Assembly (NCBI RefSeq): GCF_001194135.2
Contig: NC_068982.1
Coordinates: forward strand, 11,558,676-11,622,675
Length of the DNA: 64,000 bases
Source: Octopus bimaculoides
Taxonomy: Eukaryota
Direction of reading: 5' to 3'
A program made the translations under genes and the position numbers. The notes beneath the pieces are model-generated. The model saw only the letters and a program-made list of their open reading frames with translations, searched no databases and had not been told where the DNA came from. Shown here one piece after another: positions 53,643-64,000 of the stretch. Each line of letters begins with the position of its first letter. The stretch's first letter is position 1.

Positions 53643-54290
53643 GTGGCATAAGCAACTTATAATGAACTCATCGTGAGAAATTTAGTAAATGAGTGTATCA
53701 ATGAGGAAAAACTAGGTAAGGCTTAAATGTGAAGTTAGTGTTCGTTACTTTTTGCTGATCAACTAATCTTGAAACTCCTATGTGTAGTGGGGTGGGGTCA
53801 TGGTCAGTCCTACAACCCAATTGGTCAGCTCTTATTTGAAAACAATGGTGTGGTTCTGGTTTGTTGATGGCTATCAATTAAATCAATGGCCAGTAAGACA
53901 AATAAATGAACAAAATAAAACAAAACAAATACAACAAGTAAAACAACTAAAGCAACTACAACAATGGCATAAGAATCATATAGAACAAAATAAGAATATA
54001 AACATGTAAATAAATAAATAAACTAATAAGTAACTGTAGATACATATGTACAAATGTAAATAACAATAATAATAACAATGGTAGTGACGATAACAATAAT
54101 ACAGGGGTGTTTCGGGCAAAATTTGCCTGGGTCATCTAACGGTGAAGTTTTTAGTGGATGCAAATAATGTTTTCTATTAGTATATCTTGGGTAACGTATC
54201 TAATTAGTGATTATTTTTGTAAACAAATAATCAAGAATAAATAAAAAACGTAGGGATAAGAAACAGATCAGATAAAATACTAGAATATAT

Positions 54291-54674
54291 GGTTGGCACT
54301 TCATCGGTTACGACAACGAGGGTTCCAGTTGATCTGATCAGCAAAACAGCCTGCTCGTGAAATTAACGTGCAAGTGGCTGAACATTCCACAGACACGTGT
54401 ACTTTTGACGTAGTTCTCGGGGAGATTCAGCATGACACAGAGTGTGACAAGGCCGAGCCTTTGAAATACAGGTACAACAGAAACAGGAAGAAAGAGTGAG
54501 AGAAAGTTGTGGTGGAAGAGTACTGCAGGGTTCTCCAGCATCCCCTGCTGGAGCCTCATGGAGCTTTTAGGTGTTTCACTCAATAAACACTCACTACGCC
54601 CGGTCTGGGAATCGAAACCACGATCCTATGACTGCGAGTCTGCTGCCCTAACCACTGGGCCATTGTGCCTCCAC
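54291..54674 (-). mobile_element. SINE family B at the 3' end of the Naiad remnant
   Basis: Full family B body between the Naiad ORF remnant and the pLTR-like segment. Confidence 0.88.
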
Positions 54675-54719
54675 AATAGTATATATATAAGAGTATGTAT
54701 AAGTATGATTTTAAACATC

Positions 54720-56600
54720 AGTAAATAATAACAACATCATAAATTGTGTCAGACTCTATCGTATTCTTATTGTTTTGTTGATAATGATATCCCAGTATTT
54801 GTTTTTTTTTCTTTTATAAAATATTTGCTAATTAATCTAAATATTGGTTTTACTAGGTTATTCTTAATTTGTATAGCAAATGGGAGGATTAGCCAGACAG
54901 TGTCATTTACTTTATTTGCATGATTGAGGTTATTGGTCATTTGTTTATTGTTACTATCATTATTATTACTATTTTTATTATTATTGCTATTATTATTTTT
55001 AGGGTACTTGCTCATATTTCTAATACTTCTAGTATTATTGTTATACCTCTCATTAGTAGCATTGTAGTTGTCACAATTACTGGGACTGGTAGTAGTTGCC
55101 TTATAAGGCCTTTTATTGTTGGTGTACCTCCATTTCCTCCTATCCCCGTGTTTACTACTAGGATTTATAGGTATGCTATTTATTTCATTATTACTTTTAT
55201 TATTATTGTTATTATTATTTGCGTCAAAGGCATTCCTGTTGTTCCTGGTATTAATCCTATCACTACTATTATCTACATTATTATTCCTATGTTTCATGGG
55301 GGGGAGGGGGGTATTTAATTTCATCCTTATATCCTGCATTTTTTAGTGCTGTGTTATGCCTATCCTTATGTTTATCAAATATCTCTTCATTTGAGGAAAG
55401 GTTTCAGATCCTTTTACTTATATTTCATAAAAGGGCTCTTTTTATTTGTTGGGGGTGGTTACTAGAGTTATTTATATACCTTAAGTTAGAGTTTTCTTTC
55501 ATATAAGGCTCATGGAGTCCGGTGTTTAAGTTGCAGTTTACGTCTAAGTAGTTGATTGAGTAGGTTTTGTTTTCTATAGTTATAGAGAGGCCAAATCTAT
55601 TGCAGAACTTATGTAGTCATTTCTTTAATAATTCAAGGTGTCTATTCAAGTGGTTCCTAACTAAAAAGAGTGTGTCATCCCTATATAGACCTCCCCTTAA
55701 TTCTGGGAATTCCCTACTTATATTGTCTTAGATGTATAATCCTACTAGGTCAATTGCTTCTGCAGAGCCTGGCAAGCCCATTGTGATATCAAAGAGATCT
55801 GGTGTATCATTCCTTGCCTATAGCTTGTTATCAAATTCAATAACAGTCTTACGGGCAGTGAGTATAACATTTATTTCCCCTCATACTTAGGTTAGTGTAT
55901 TTTTTGGTGAAAATAAGAGTGCTGTTTAGAATAATAGGGTTAATAGAGGAGTAGTAATTCTGTATATCCATTTGCAAGAATTTTTGATTATATATATTTT
56001 CTTTCTGTATGTTGGAGAACCAGTCTAGTGCACCTTGGGTGTTGCTCCACAGTTCGAGTTTAATTTTGTTTTTTAGCATTGGTAAATATTTATCTAAAAT
56101 TACCTTACTTAGTTTACCTATTTCTAATTTATTAGGGCATATTAGCCTAACCTGTGTTTTATTCAAGAAGTTGTCCTTATGGTCCTTAATTGTTATTCGG
56201 GGTCTAATTGGTGTAAATGGCTCTGTCCTAACCCCTAAATCAAAATCCAACATTATGTTCCTGGCTTCTACGTCTATCTTATTTAGTGTGCTGTATGGGA
56301 CTACCTTATACTTTTTTGTGATTTCCCTATGGATGAGTTCATGGTATATGTTAGGGTCAGTATTGTAGATGTTTCTAGTTTTGTCCGAATGTGTTAGAAT
56401 TCCATTTTTAGTATATAAATTTTGTATCACATTTTTCAGCTTCCTCTGGTACGAGTTATGTCCGAGGGGGGTATTTCTTGGATTTAATGTTCTTAATGGT
56501 ACTCCATAGTTCTTGTTCAAAATCATCCAGGTGCTTGTTTGTTGGCAGTGCTTTTCTGGATTTGAATATATTCTTGGTAAGTTCCATTATTTCTGTGTTG
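54720..56600 (-). mobile_element. Decayed Penelope-like retroelement (Naiad-type reverse transcriptase); GIY-YIG endonuclease not detected
   Basis: Minus-strand translation gives FKSRKALP..LDDFEQEL, SDKTRNIY, ITIKDHKDNF..VRLICPNKLEIGKLSKVILDK, QMDIQNYYSSI, FDITMGLPGSAEAIDLVG, GLYRDD (55674-55691), NYLDV, YINNSSNHP, NLSSNEEIF, NAGY and VWLILPF. From memory these match Naiad/Chlamys-type PLE RT motifs (KDHK, FDVTMG..GAE..ELVG, GLYRDD, SNHP, WFNPP). Interrupted by frameshifts and stops. Confidence 0.85.
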
Positions 56601-56689
56601 CCCATGCTAGAATTATTAGTAATGTTCTGAGTACTGGAGTCCAACTCCACAACTCCACAAACGCACCCACAGACAGAATTTCCCACATA

Positions 56690-57010
56690 TATAGTGGATA
56701 AATATGAAAAATGTTGCATGGAGTGACAATAAAATTTCCAGGAAAACAGAAATCTCCATGAGAGCAGACATACTCCATCTCTTATGAGTTGTCTGCTAGA
56801 TATCATCACAGTTTTAATGCCTGAGGCATTATTGTTCAATTTGGCAATGTCAGTAATGTAAGCTGGTGGGTTGGACATGATAGATGGAGACGGTCAGAAA
56901 AATGCTTAGCCAAGGACAGGGACAGAAAAAAATTAAGGCCTATATAAACTGAACAATAAGTAAAAATGACTTTGGGAGAAGTACAGTACAAAGCATTGTG
57001 TAGAATGCTT
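56690..57010 (+). mobile_element. Probable decayed RTE LINE 3' fragment, abutting the Naiad 5' end
   Basis: VAWSDNKISRKT, CLRHYCSIWQ and VGH fragments resemble the RTE C-terminus. Heavily degraded. Confidence 0.3.
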
Positions 57011-57516
57011 TTGGGCTTGGTAACAAAACTATGATAAGTTGTGCAGAGTAATGCTAATAGGAAAAATAGTGTGCCTGACAGCGTTGAGCAAAAAAAAAAA
57101 GAAAAGAAAAAAACCCAGAATTGATTGACCAGTTGAACTGTCAGTTTAAAAAGGGAGTGGCATAAAAAAGCATGAGCTATGCCTTGATGGAGAGGAAAGA
57201 AAGTAAGAGGAACAGGCAAGTGGAGGGATGTTGCAGAGACAATCAGATCAGGGAAAGAAAGCAAGGGAGAAAGAGAGACAAATGGAATTTTTAGATAGAA
57301 AGATGAAAGGATGGGGAGAAGGACAAAAAGGGGCGATAGTTGCAAGAAGAGATTCAAGAAGAGGCAAGTTTCTAGAGAAAGAGATAAGTAAAGTAAGTAG
57401 ATAGGATAGGGAGACAGAAAATGGTAGAAAAGTTGGTAGATAGAAAGGATAGATGGAATAATAAGAGGAGTGGTGGCACAAATAAGGAAACAACTGATAT
57501 TTGAGGAAAATACTTA

Positions 57517-57884
57517 CTCTTTTACTTGTTTCAGTCATTTGACTGTGGCCATGCTGGAGCACTGCCTTTAGTCGAGCAAATCGATCCCAGGACTTATTCT
57601 TTGTAAGCCTAGTACTTATTCTATCAGTCTCTTTTGCCGAACAGCTAAGTTACGGGGACGTAAACACACCAGTATTGGTTGTCAAGCAATGTTGGGGGGG
57701 GGGGGACAAAAACACATACACACACGCACACACATATATACATATATACGACGGGCTTCTTTCAGTTTCCGTCTACCAAATCCACTCACAAGGCTTTGGT
57801 CAGCCCGAGGCTATAGTAGAAGACACTTGCCCAAGGTGCCACGCAGTGGGACTGAACCCTGAACTATGTGGTTCGTAAGCAAGA
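57517..57884 (-). mobile_element. SINE family A
   Basis: Same family body. Confidence 0.9.
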
Positions 57885-57953
57885 GTAAAGAGAGAGTAAT
57901 GCACAAAGTATTCTAATAATTATTTTTATATAATTCCTAATAATATTTAATTA

Positions 57954-58504
57954 TCAGGTTGACTAAAAGGTAAGCAACGTTTTGAGTCATGAAGAATTTC
58001 TACTGGACTTTTGCAGAGTTAAAAATTTAAAAAAACATTTTTGTGCAGTTGCCTTGAAATTGCCAAAATGAACGAAAAACTGCTGCTCCTTCATCCAAGA
58101 CTGGTCAACAGAAGATGGTCAATCATTCTTCATGACAATGCTCATCCACACATTTCAGTAATGACGTTCTAGAATTTGAAGGAACTTGGCTATGAAGTTC
58201 TTCCCCACCCAGCTTATTCCCCAGACCTTTCTCCTACCAACTACCACTTTTTCAAGCACCTTGATGGTTTCCTGCAAGAGAAGGAGTTCAAAAATCAAAC
58301 TGATGCTGAAAGTGTATTCAAAGAGTTTATTAGCTCCAGAACTCCAGATTTTTATGTTACCAGAATAAACAAACTTGTAACTTGTTGGCAAAAATGTGTT
58401 GATTGTAATGGTACTTACTTTAATGAATAAAATTTCTGCATTGTTGAAATATATTGTGATGAATTTCATGTTTCAAAACGTTGGTTACTTTTTACTCAGC
58501 CTGG
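57954..58504 (+). mobile_element. Internally deleted mariner DNA transposon retaining the transposase C-terminus
   Basis: ORF 58176-58430 has LPHPAYSPDLSPTNYHFF..WQKCVDCNGTYF and an upstream HDNAHPH, the mariner YSPDL and HDNA motifs. Imperfect ~33 bp TIRs (tcaggttgactaaaaggtaagcaacgttttga / tcaaaacgttggttactttttactcagcctgg) are flanked by TA on both sides. Confidence 0.92.
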
Positions 58505-58880
58505 TATAAAAATATAAAAGGATTTTTTAAACATTAAATAGTTATGAGGGTTCATCTGAGTAAAAGAAGAACCAAAGAGGTCTATAGATAAGAAATGATT
58601 GAGAAACCCCTTGTATAAATGAATGAACATGATAAACAAACATGGACAGAGAAAGTTGAAGTATAAGGACAATGATAGAAAAAAAACTAAACAATAAAGA
58701 CAAGTTGTGAGAATGGGAAAAACCAAAACAAAACAAAACAATGATGTGTATACATTCTCATAAAGTGTCTTTTGACTTCATGAGAAAATGAAGTGAAGTT
58801 GTGTGAAATAATAGCTGAAAAATTAGTAAAGAGGAAGCCGTTTGATGTAATATTTTCTTCTACTAAAATATGGATCCATC

Positions 58881-59047
58881 ATAGGTGCAGGCATGGCTGT
58901 GTAGTAAGAAGTTTGCTTCCCACCACATGGTTCTGGTTTCAATCCCACTGCATGGCACCTTGGGCAAATGTCTTCTACTATAGCCCCAGGCTGACCAATG
59001 TATTGTGAGTGAATTTGGTAGACAGAAACTGCAAGAAGCCTGTTGTA

Positions 59048-59080
<33 letters not shown>

Positions 59081-59632
59081 GTATGTGTCTTTGTGTCTGT
59101 GTTTGTCCCCCCCCACCAACACTTGACAACTGGTGTTGGTGTGTTTACATCCCTGTAACATAGTAGTTCAACAAAAGAGACCAATAGAATAAGTACCGGA
59201 CTTAAAAAAAAAGTACTGGGGTCGATTCCTTTGGCTAAAAATACTTCAATGCGGTGCCCCAGCATGGCTGCAGTCTAATGACTGAAACAAGTAAAAGATA
59301 AAAGATATAATGAAGATATGCACAACCAAGTAAAAAATTAAAAAAAAAAAAATTATTCATGCACAAAACACATCTCAATGAAAATTGTCTTAATCAGGGT
59401 TTGTTTGAATCACAGTACTTCAGATATGACTTTACTTTCACAATCAAGTTGTAGCAGAGCTATGATTTCATTTCTATCCTTTGCATAGACATGGGTCTTA
59501 AACAGGAAGTGTATCATTCAGTGAGTTCAGTCCCACTGTGTGGCACCTTGGGCAAATGTCTTCTACTATAGCCTTGGGCCGACCAAAACCTTGTAAGTGG
59601 ATTTGGTAGACGGAAACTGAAAGAAGCCTGTC

Positions 59633-59672
<40 letters not shown>

Positions 59673-59886
59673 TTATATATATATATATACTTATGTTTGT
59701 CCCCCAACCATCGCTTGACAACTGATGTTGGTGTGTTTATGTCCTCGTATCTTGGCAGTTTGGCAAAAGAGACTGACAGAGTAAGTATCAGGCTGACAAA
59801 GAAAAAGTCATTGAGTCAATTTGTTCGACTAAAGGCAGTGCTCCAGCATGGCCACAGTCAAATGACTGAAACAAGTAAAAGAATAA
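58881..59886 (+). mobile_element. Two SINE family A copies (58881-59305 and 59521-59886)
   Basis: Same family body, + orientation. Confidence 0.88.
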
Positions 59887-60465
59887 AAAAATATATGTTT
59901 GAAAATATAAGGACACAATTAGTGCATTGATAGCCTGCTGGAAACAATGTTTTCCTGGGGCTAAATACCAGCAATGTTGGTCCAAATAAGGGCTGCCACT
60001 TTATGTTGGCAAATAAAGCCTTACTTTATAATGTGTATATATAATAAATTAGTAGTTTACTCATAAAATCTTGCATGATAATTTGTACTTAAAATAAATT
60101 CCAGACTTCTAATCTCACTGTTATCCTCATTTCTAAAGATTTCTCTTTTGTTAATGACAGATAATATTATGTTAAGCTAATTTTTATTCACAACTTTGAA
60201 AACTTATATTTAATATCATCACATGATTTAACTGAAGTATCATGGGATAATATACGTTGCCTTTTAATCTAAACATCTATTTGTTCTTTCAATCACAGAT
60301 GATAAAATTTTTTGTTTTTGAAACACTGAATATCTCATTGGTGTGACAGCTTTTCTGATCATACACATATTTTTTTTTTCCAAAATGTTTCTTTCCTCTG
60401 CATTTTTTTTTCTCTCTCTTGTGTTATGCATGTTGGAAAATATGTTGTATAATTTTTTTTTTCTT

Positions 60466-61390
60466 AGCTGTTTCAGTCATTAGACTGTGGCTATGCTGGG
60501 GCACCTCATTGAATTTTTAGTCGAATGAATCAACCCCAGTACTCATTTTTTAAGCCTGGTACTTACTCTATGATTCTCTTTTGCTGAACTGCTAAGTTAC
60601 AGGGATGTAAACACACCAGCACCAGTTGTCAAGTGGTGATGGGGGGACAGACATAGATGCACACACATAGATATAAATACTTATATACATGATGGGCTTC
60701 TTTCAGTTTCCATCTACCAAATCCATTCACAAGGCATTGGTCGGCCCGAGGCTGTAGTAGAAGACACTCGCCCAAGGTGCCACACAGTGGGACTGAATTT
60801 GGGACCATGTGGTTGGGAAGTAAGCTTCATACAACACAACCTCTCCTGCACCTCGGAATCTAAATATGTAGGCACAGGTGTGGCCGTGTGGTAAGAACCA
60901 CATGGGTCTGGGTTCCACTGTGTGGAACTTTAGGCAAATGTCTACTATAACCTCAGGTCGAACAAAGCTTTGTCAGTGGATTTGGTGGACGGAAACTGAA
61001 AGAAGCCTGTTGTATATGTGTGTGTCTTTGTGTCTATGTTTTTTCCTCACCCTCACTGGTGTTGGTGTGTTTGTGTCCCTGTGACCTAGCAGTTCAACAA
61101 AAAGACCAACAGAATAACTATCATCATCATCATCATCATTTAACGTCTGTTGTCCATGCTGACATGGATTGGGATGATTTGACTGGGGCTGGTGCGCTGG
61201 AAGGCCGCACCAGACTCCAGTCTGATTTAGCATGGTTTTCTGTGGCTGGATGCCCTTCCTAATGCCAACCACACCGAGAGTGTAATAGTATAGTATCAGG
61301 CTTTTAAAAAATGAGTACTGGGGTTGATTCACTCAAGTAGAAATTCTTCAAGGCAGTGCCCCAGCATGGCTGCTGCCTAATGATTGAAGC
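60466..61390. mobile_element. Head-to-head SINE A pair (60466-60851 minus; 60869-61390 plus, interrupted by a family C repeat at 61118-61285)
   Basis: Two family A heads diverge about 20 bp apart. Confidence 0.8.
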
Positions 61391-62724
61391 AAGTAAAAGA
61401 TAAAAGATATAATGATGATTGAATGAATTGGTACAGATTCTACTACTTAGAAATCATTGTTGTGCAGTAATTGTGTTTATATGAAAATGAATATCCAGAT
61501 GCTGAAAGAAGATTGTAAACTCCGTTTTGTGTAATGGAAATGGAGAATTATAACGAGAATAAGAATGATCAGTGTTTCTCTCAAAATATTTTCAGTTGGT
61601 GTGGGTGTAAAATGGCTAACAATGATATAGAAGGAAAAGTGAAATGAAGAAATGCTTTTGCTTTCTGTGATGAATATTTAACCTGAGCATGATGACTGGA
61701 CCTGTCTATTAAACTGGTTGAATTTGTGCCAGAAGGATCTATTCAAAATTCATCACCTTCACCATTTAATATCTATTTTCCATGCTAGCATGGGTTGGAC
61801 GGTTTGACGGGGGCTTGCAAGCCAGTGAGTCACACTAGGTTCTTGTCGTCTGCTCTGGTATGGTTTTTACAGCTGGATGCCCTTCTTAATGCCAACCACT
61901 TTACAGAGTAAACCAGGTGCTTTTTATGTGGTGCCAGCACAGGTGCTTTATATTTATACATGGTACCAGCTTGGATGCTTTTTACATGGTGCCAGTATGA
62001 GTGTTCTATACATGGTGCCAGCATATGTGCCTTTTATATTGTGCCAGCACAAATGCCTACTACAGGGCTGCCAAGTAACTTACATGAGAAAGATCTCAGC
62101 TGAGAGAGGAAGATGAACTGGGTGATCTAAAAGTCCCTTTACCATGGCTCAATTTTTTATGTACTCTGTATTAGAATTGATAGGATGGGTTGATCTATAG
62201 CAAAGATGTGCCGCTTTGGTAGGCAATGCCTACCTTAAATGAAATAGATTGATAGCAACATTTTCATTTTATGGCAAAATATGCACCTAATTCAATAAAA
62301 TTATGAAGGTTACTCTGATTGCTATGCATAAAATGCAAAATATTTTATATTTTTTGTAGATTAGGTAGGCATAATCTGCCCTTGCTTTTCAATCTCAGTA
62401 TTTAAGCTAAGCATAGTACTGCTGTAGTACACATACTGCGTACTCTCCTACAACACTGTTTTCCTTATGTGCTANNNNNNNNNNTACACATACTGCGTAC
62501 TCTCCTACAACACTGTTTTCCTTATGTGCTATAAAGGCAGAAGTAAATCTGCCTTCAACTCAGTCATGTGCTTGTGTTTCACTTATTTTTTTGTGTGTTT
62601 TACTACATAAAAAGTCACCAACTGCCTACCCTGAGTAATTATTGATGGCATGTGCCTTGAACAGAGCACTAAAGGTAGATTTTTCATAAAGTTTGGTTTT
62701 GATATCACTTTCTCTGATTTTCAG

Positions 62725-62863
62725 TTGGTTGTCATACAGAGGAAGCAATTGTGAGGACTGTGTTTCACTGAGACTGTTTAGTCTTCCAAAACTCAGCCAA
62801 GTCTCCAATTAAGTATTTAGCTTTAAACTATTTGAATATTTCATGGCTGATGACATTTACTAG
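62725..62863 (+). other. Candidate exon with strong splice sites and one in-frame TGA (62769-62771)
   Basis: Acceptor cactttctctgattttcag, donor TAG|gtgagt. The frame reads GCHTEEAIVRTVFH*DCLVFQNSAKSPIKYLALNYLNISWLMTFT. Confidence 0.33.
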
Positions 62864-63063
62864 GTGAGTTTTGATTAGTTTCTTGTTTCCATATCCTTTG
62901 GAATTGGATAATTAATGCATTATATTATGACATTTTTTAGGAGAAGGAATATTTTCATCTTTTGATTATGATATTTTTCTAAAATTGTTGTATATAGCAA
63001 GTATCCACTGGCAACCAGACAGTATGGCACCTGAAGTAGTCATATCCAAAATTCACTGTGGCG

Positions 63064-63117
63064 GAATGGCAAGGAATAGTTTAAATTGCTAGCAACTTAA
63101 CCTATTCTTTGCCATTC
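63064..63117. repeat. Isolated 54 bp near-perfect palindrome
   Basis: gaatggcaaggaatagtttaaattgc-ta-gcaacttaacctattctttgccattc folds into a 26 bp stem with two mismatches and one G-T pair. Confidence 0.9.
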
Positions 63118-63364
63118 TTTGTTCCTCAACAATGTGTTTTAGATACGATTAGTATCAACATGCTCTAGTTGAGCTTAGGAGTGAAACGTCAATTATATAA
63201 CGAGAAACCAAATTCTGTCACCTGAAGAGATGCTTCTGCACTGTGGGTTGCCATGGAATTCATTGTATAGTTTTGCACCAATGAGGGAATGGTGCAGGAT
63301 GTGTCAAAACAATCATTGTGATAAATAGTTTCTGGTATACTCTATCTTACATATCAATTGTTTC

Positions 63365-63409
<45 letters not shown>

Positions 63410-64000
63410 TTTATGTATATATTAATATTAACTCAGTTATTAAAACTTTCGATAATTTAAATACATTAATAGTTACCAGAGGAGCACTCTGTTGGTTACG
63501 ACGACAAGGGTCCCAGCTGATATGATCAACGGAACAGCTTGCTCATGAAATTAACATGTAAGTGACTGAGCACTCCACAGACGCGTGTACTTTTAACGTA
63601 GTCCTCGGGAGATACAGCGTGACACAGAGTGTGACAAGGCTGGCCCTTTGAAATACAGGTATAACTCATTTTTGCCAGCTGAGTGGACTGGAGCAATGTG
63701 GAATAAAGTGTATTGCTCAAGGACACAATGCGTCACCGAGAATCGAACTTACGATCGGGAGCGGAATGCTCTAACCACTAAACCACGTGCCTTCACTATA
63801 TATATATATATATATATATATACATACTATAATAATACTCTTGTGTTTTTCTCCATCACAACATATGAATGAGAAAGGAAGGGGTGATGGCAAACTTGGT
63901 AGTGGGATGATGGAAGTTCTAAGGTGAAAATAAATCAAACAGCGTTTCAACTCTGCGTGTGTGTATGTAAAAAGTCATGTGAATGTTTGTGTGTGTGTGT

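Noticed and set aside
54920-55346. Hydrophobic + strand ORFs resembling membrane proteins
   Set aside because: They are the antisense of the Asn-rich PLE linker (ATT/GTT repeats).
62427-62531. Direct duplication of ~47 bp around a 10-N gap
   Set aside because: Same contig-overlap artefact.

Overview
AT-rich, repeat-dense animal genomic DNA from a draft assembly, with seven N gaps (6341-6815, 24775-24784, 31410-31810, 32570-32803, 36505-37441, 39581-40327, 62475-62484), most abutting microsatellites. The repeat families look like those I recall from octopus (coleoid cephalopod) genomes; that assignment is inference, not a search result. The window is mostly intron-like or intergenic. It holds four families of tRNA-type SINE-like repeats, many MITEs (TTAA/piggyBac-like, Tc1/mariner, Tigger/Tc2, hAT, Helentron-type), an internally deleted mariner, and several decayed LINE fragments (RTE, CR1/L2). 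The largest element is a ~2 kb decayed Penelope-like retroelement of Naiad type on the minus strand, with its GLYRDD motif. No complete host gene is visible. A few short + strand candidate exons of an unidentified gene are proposed, one with an in-frame TGA. The most notable structures are a fold-back palindrome whose two arms each carry a hammerhead-ribozyme core (15305-15682) and a second fold-back at 18274-18452. No rRNA, true tRNA gene or CRISPR array was seen.
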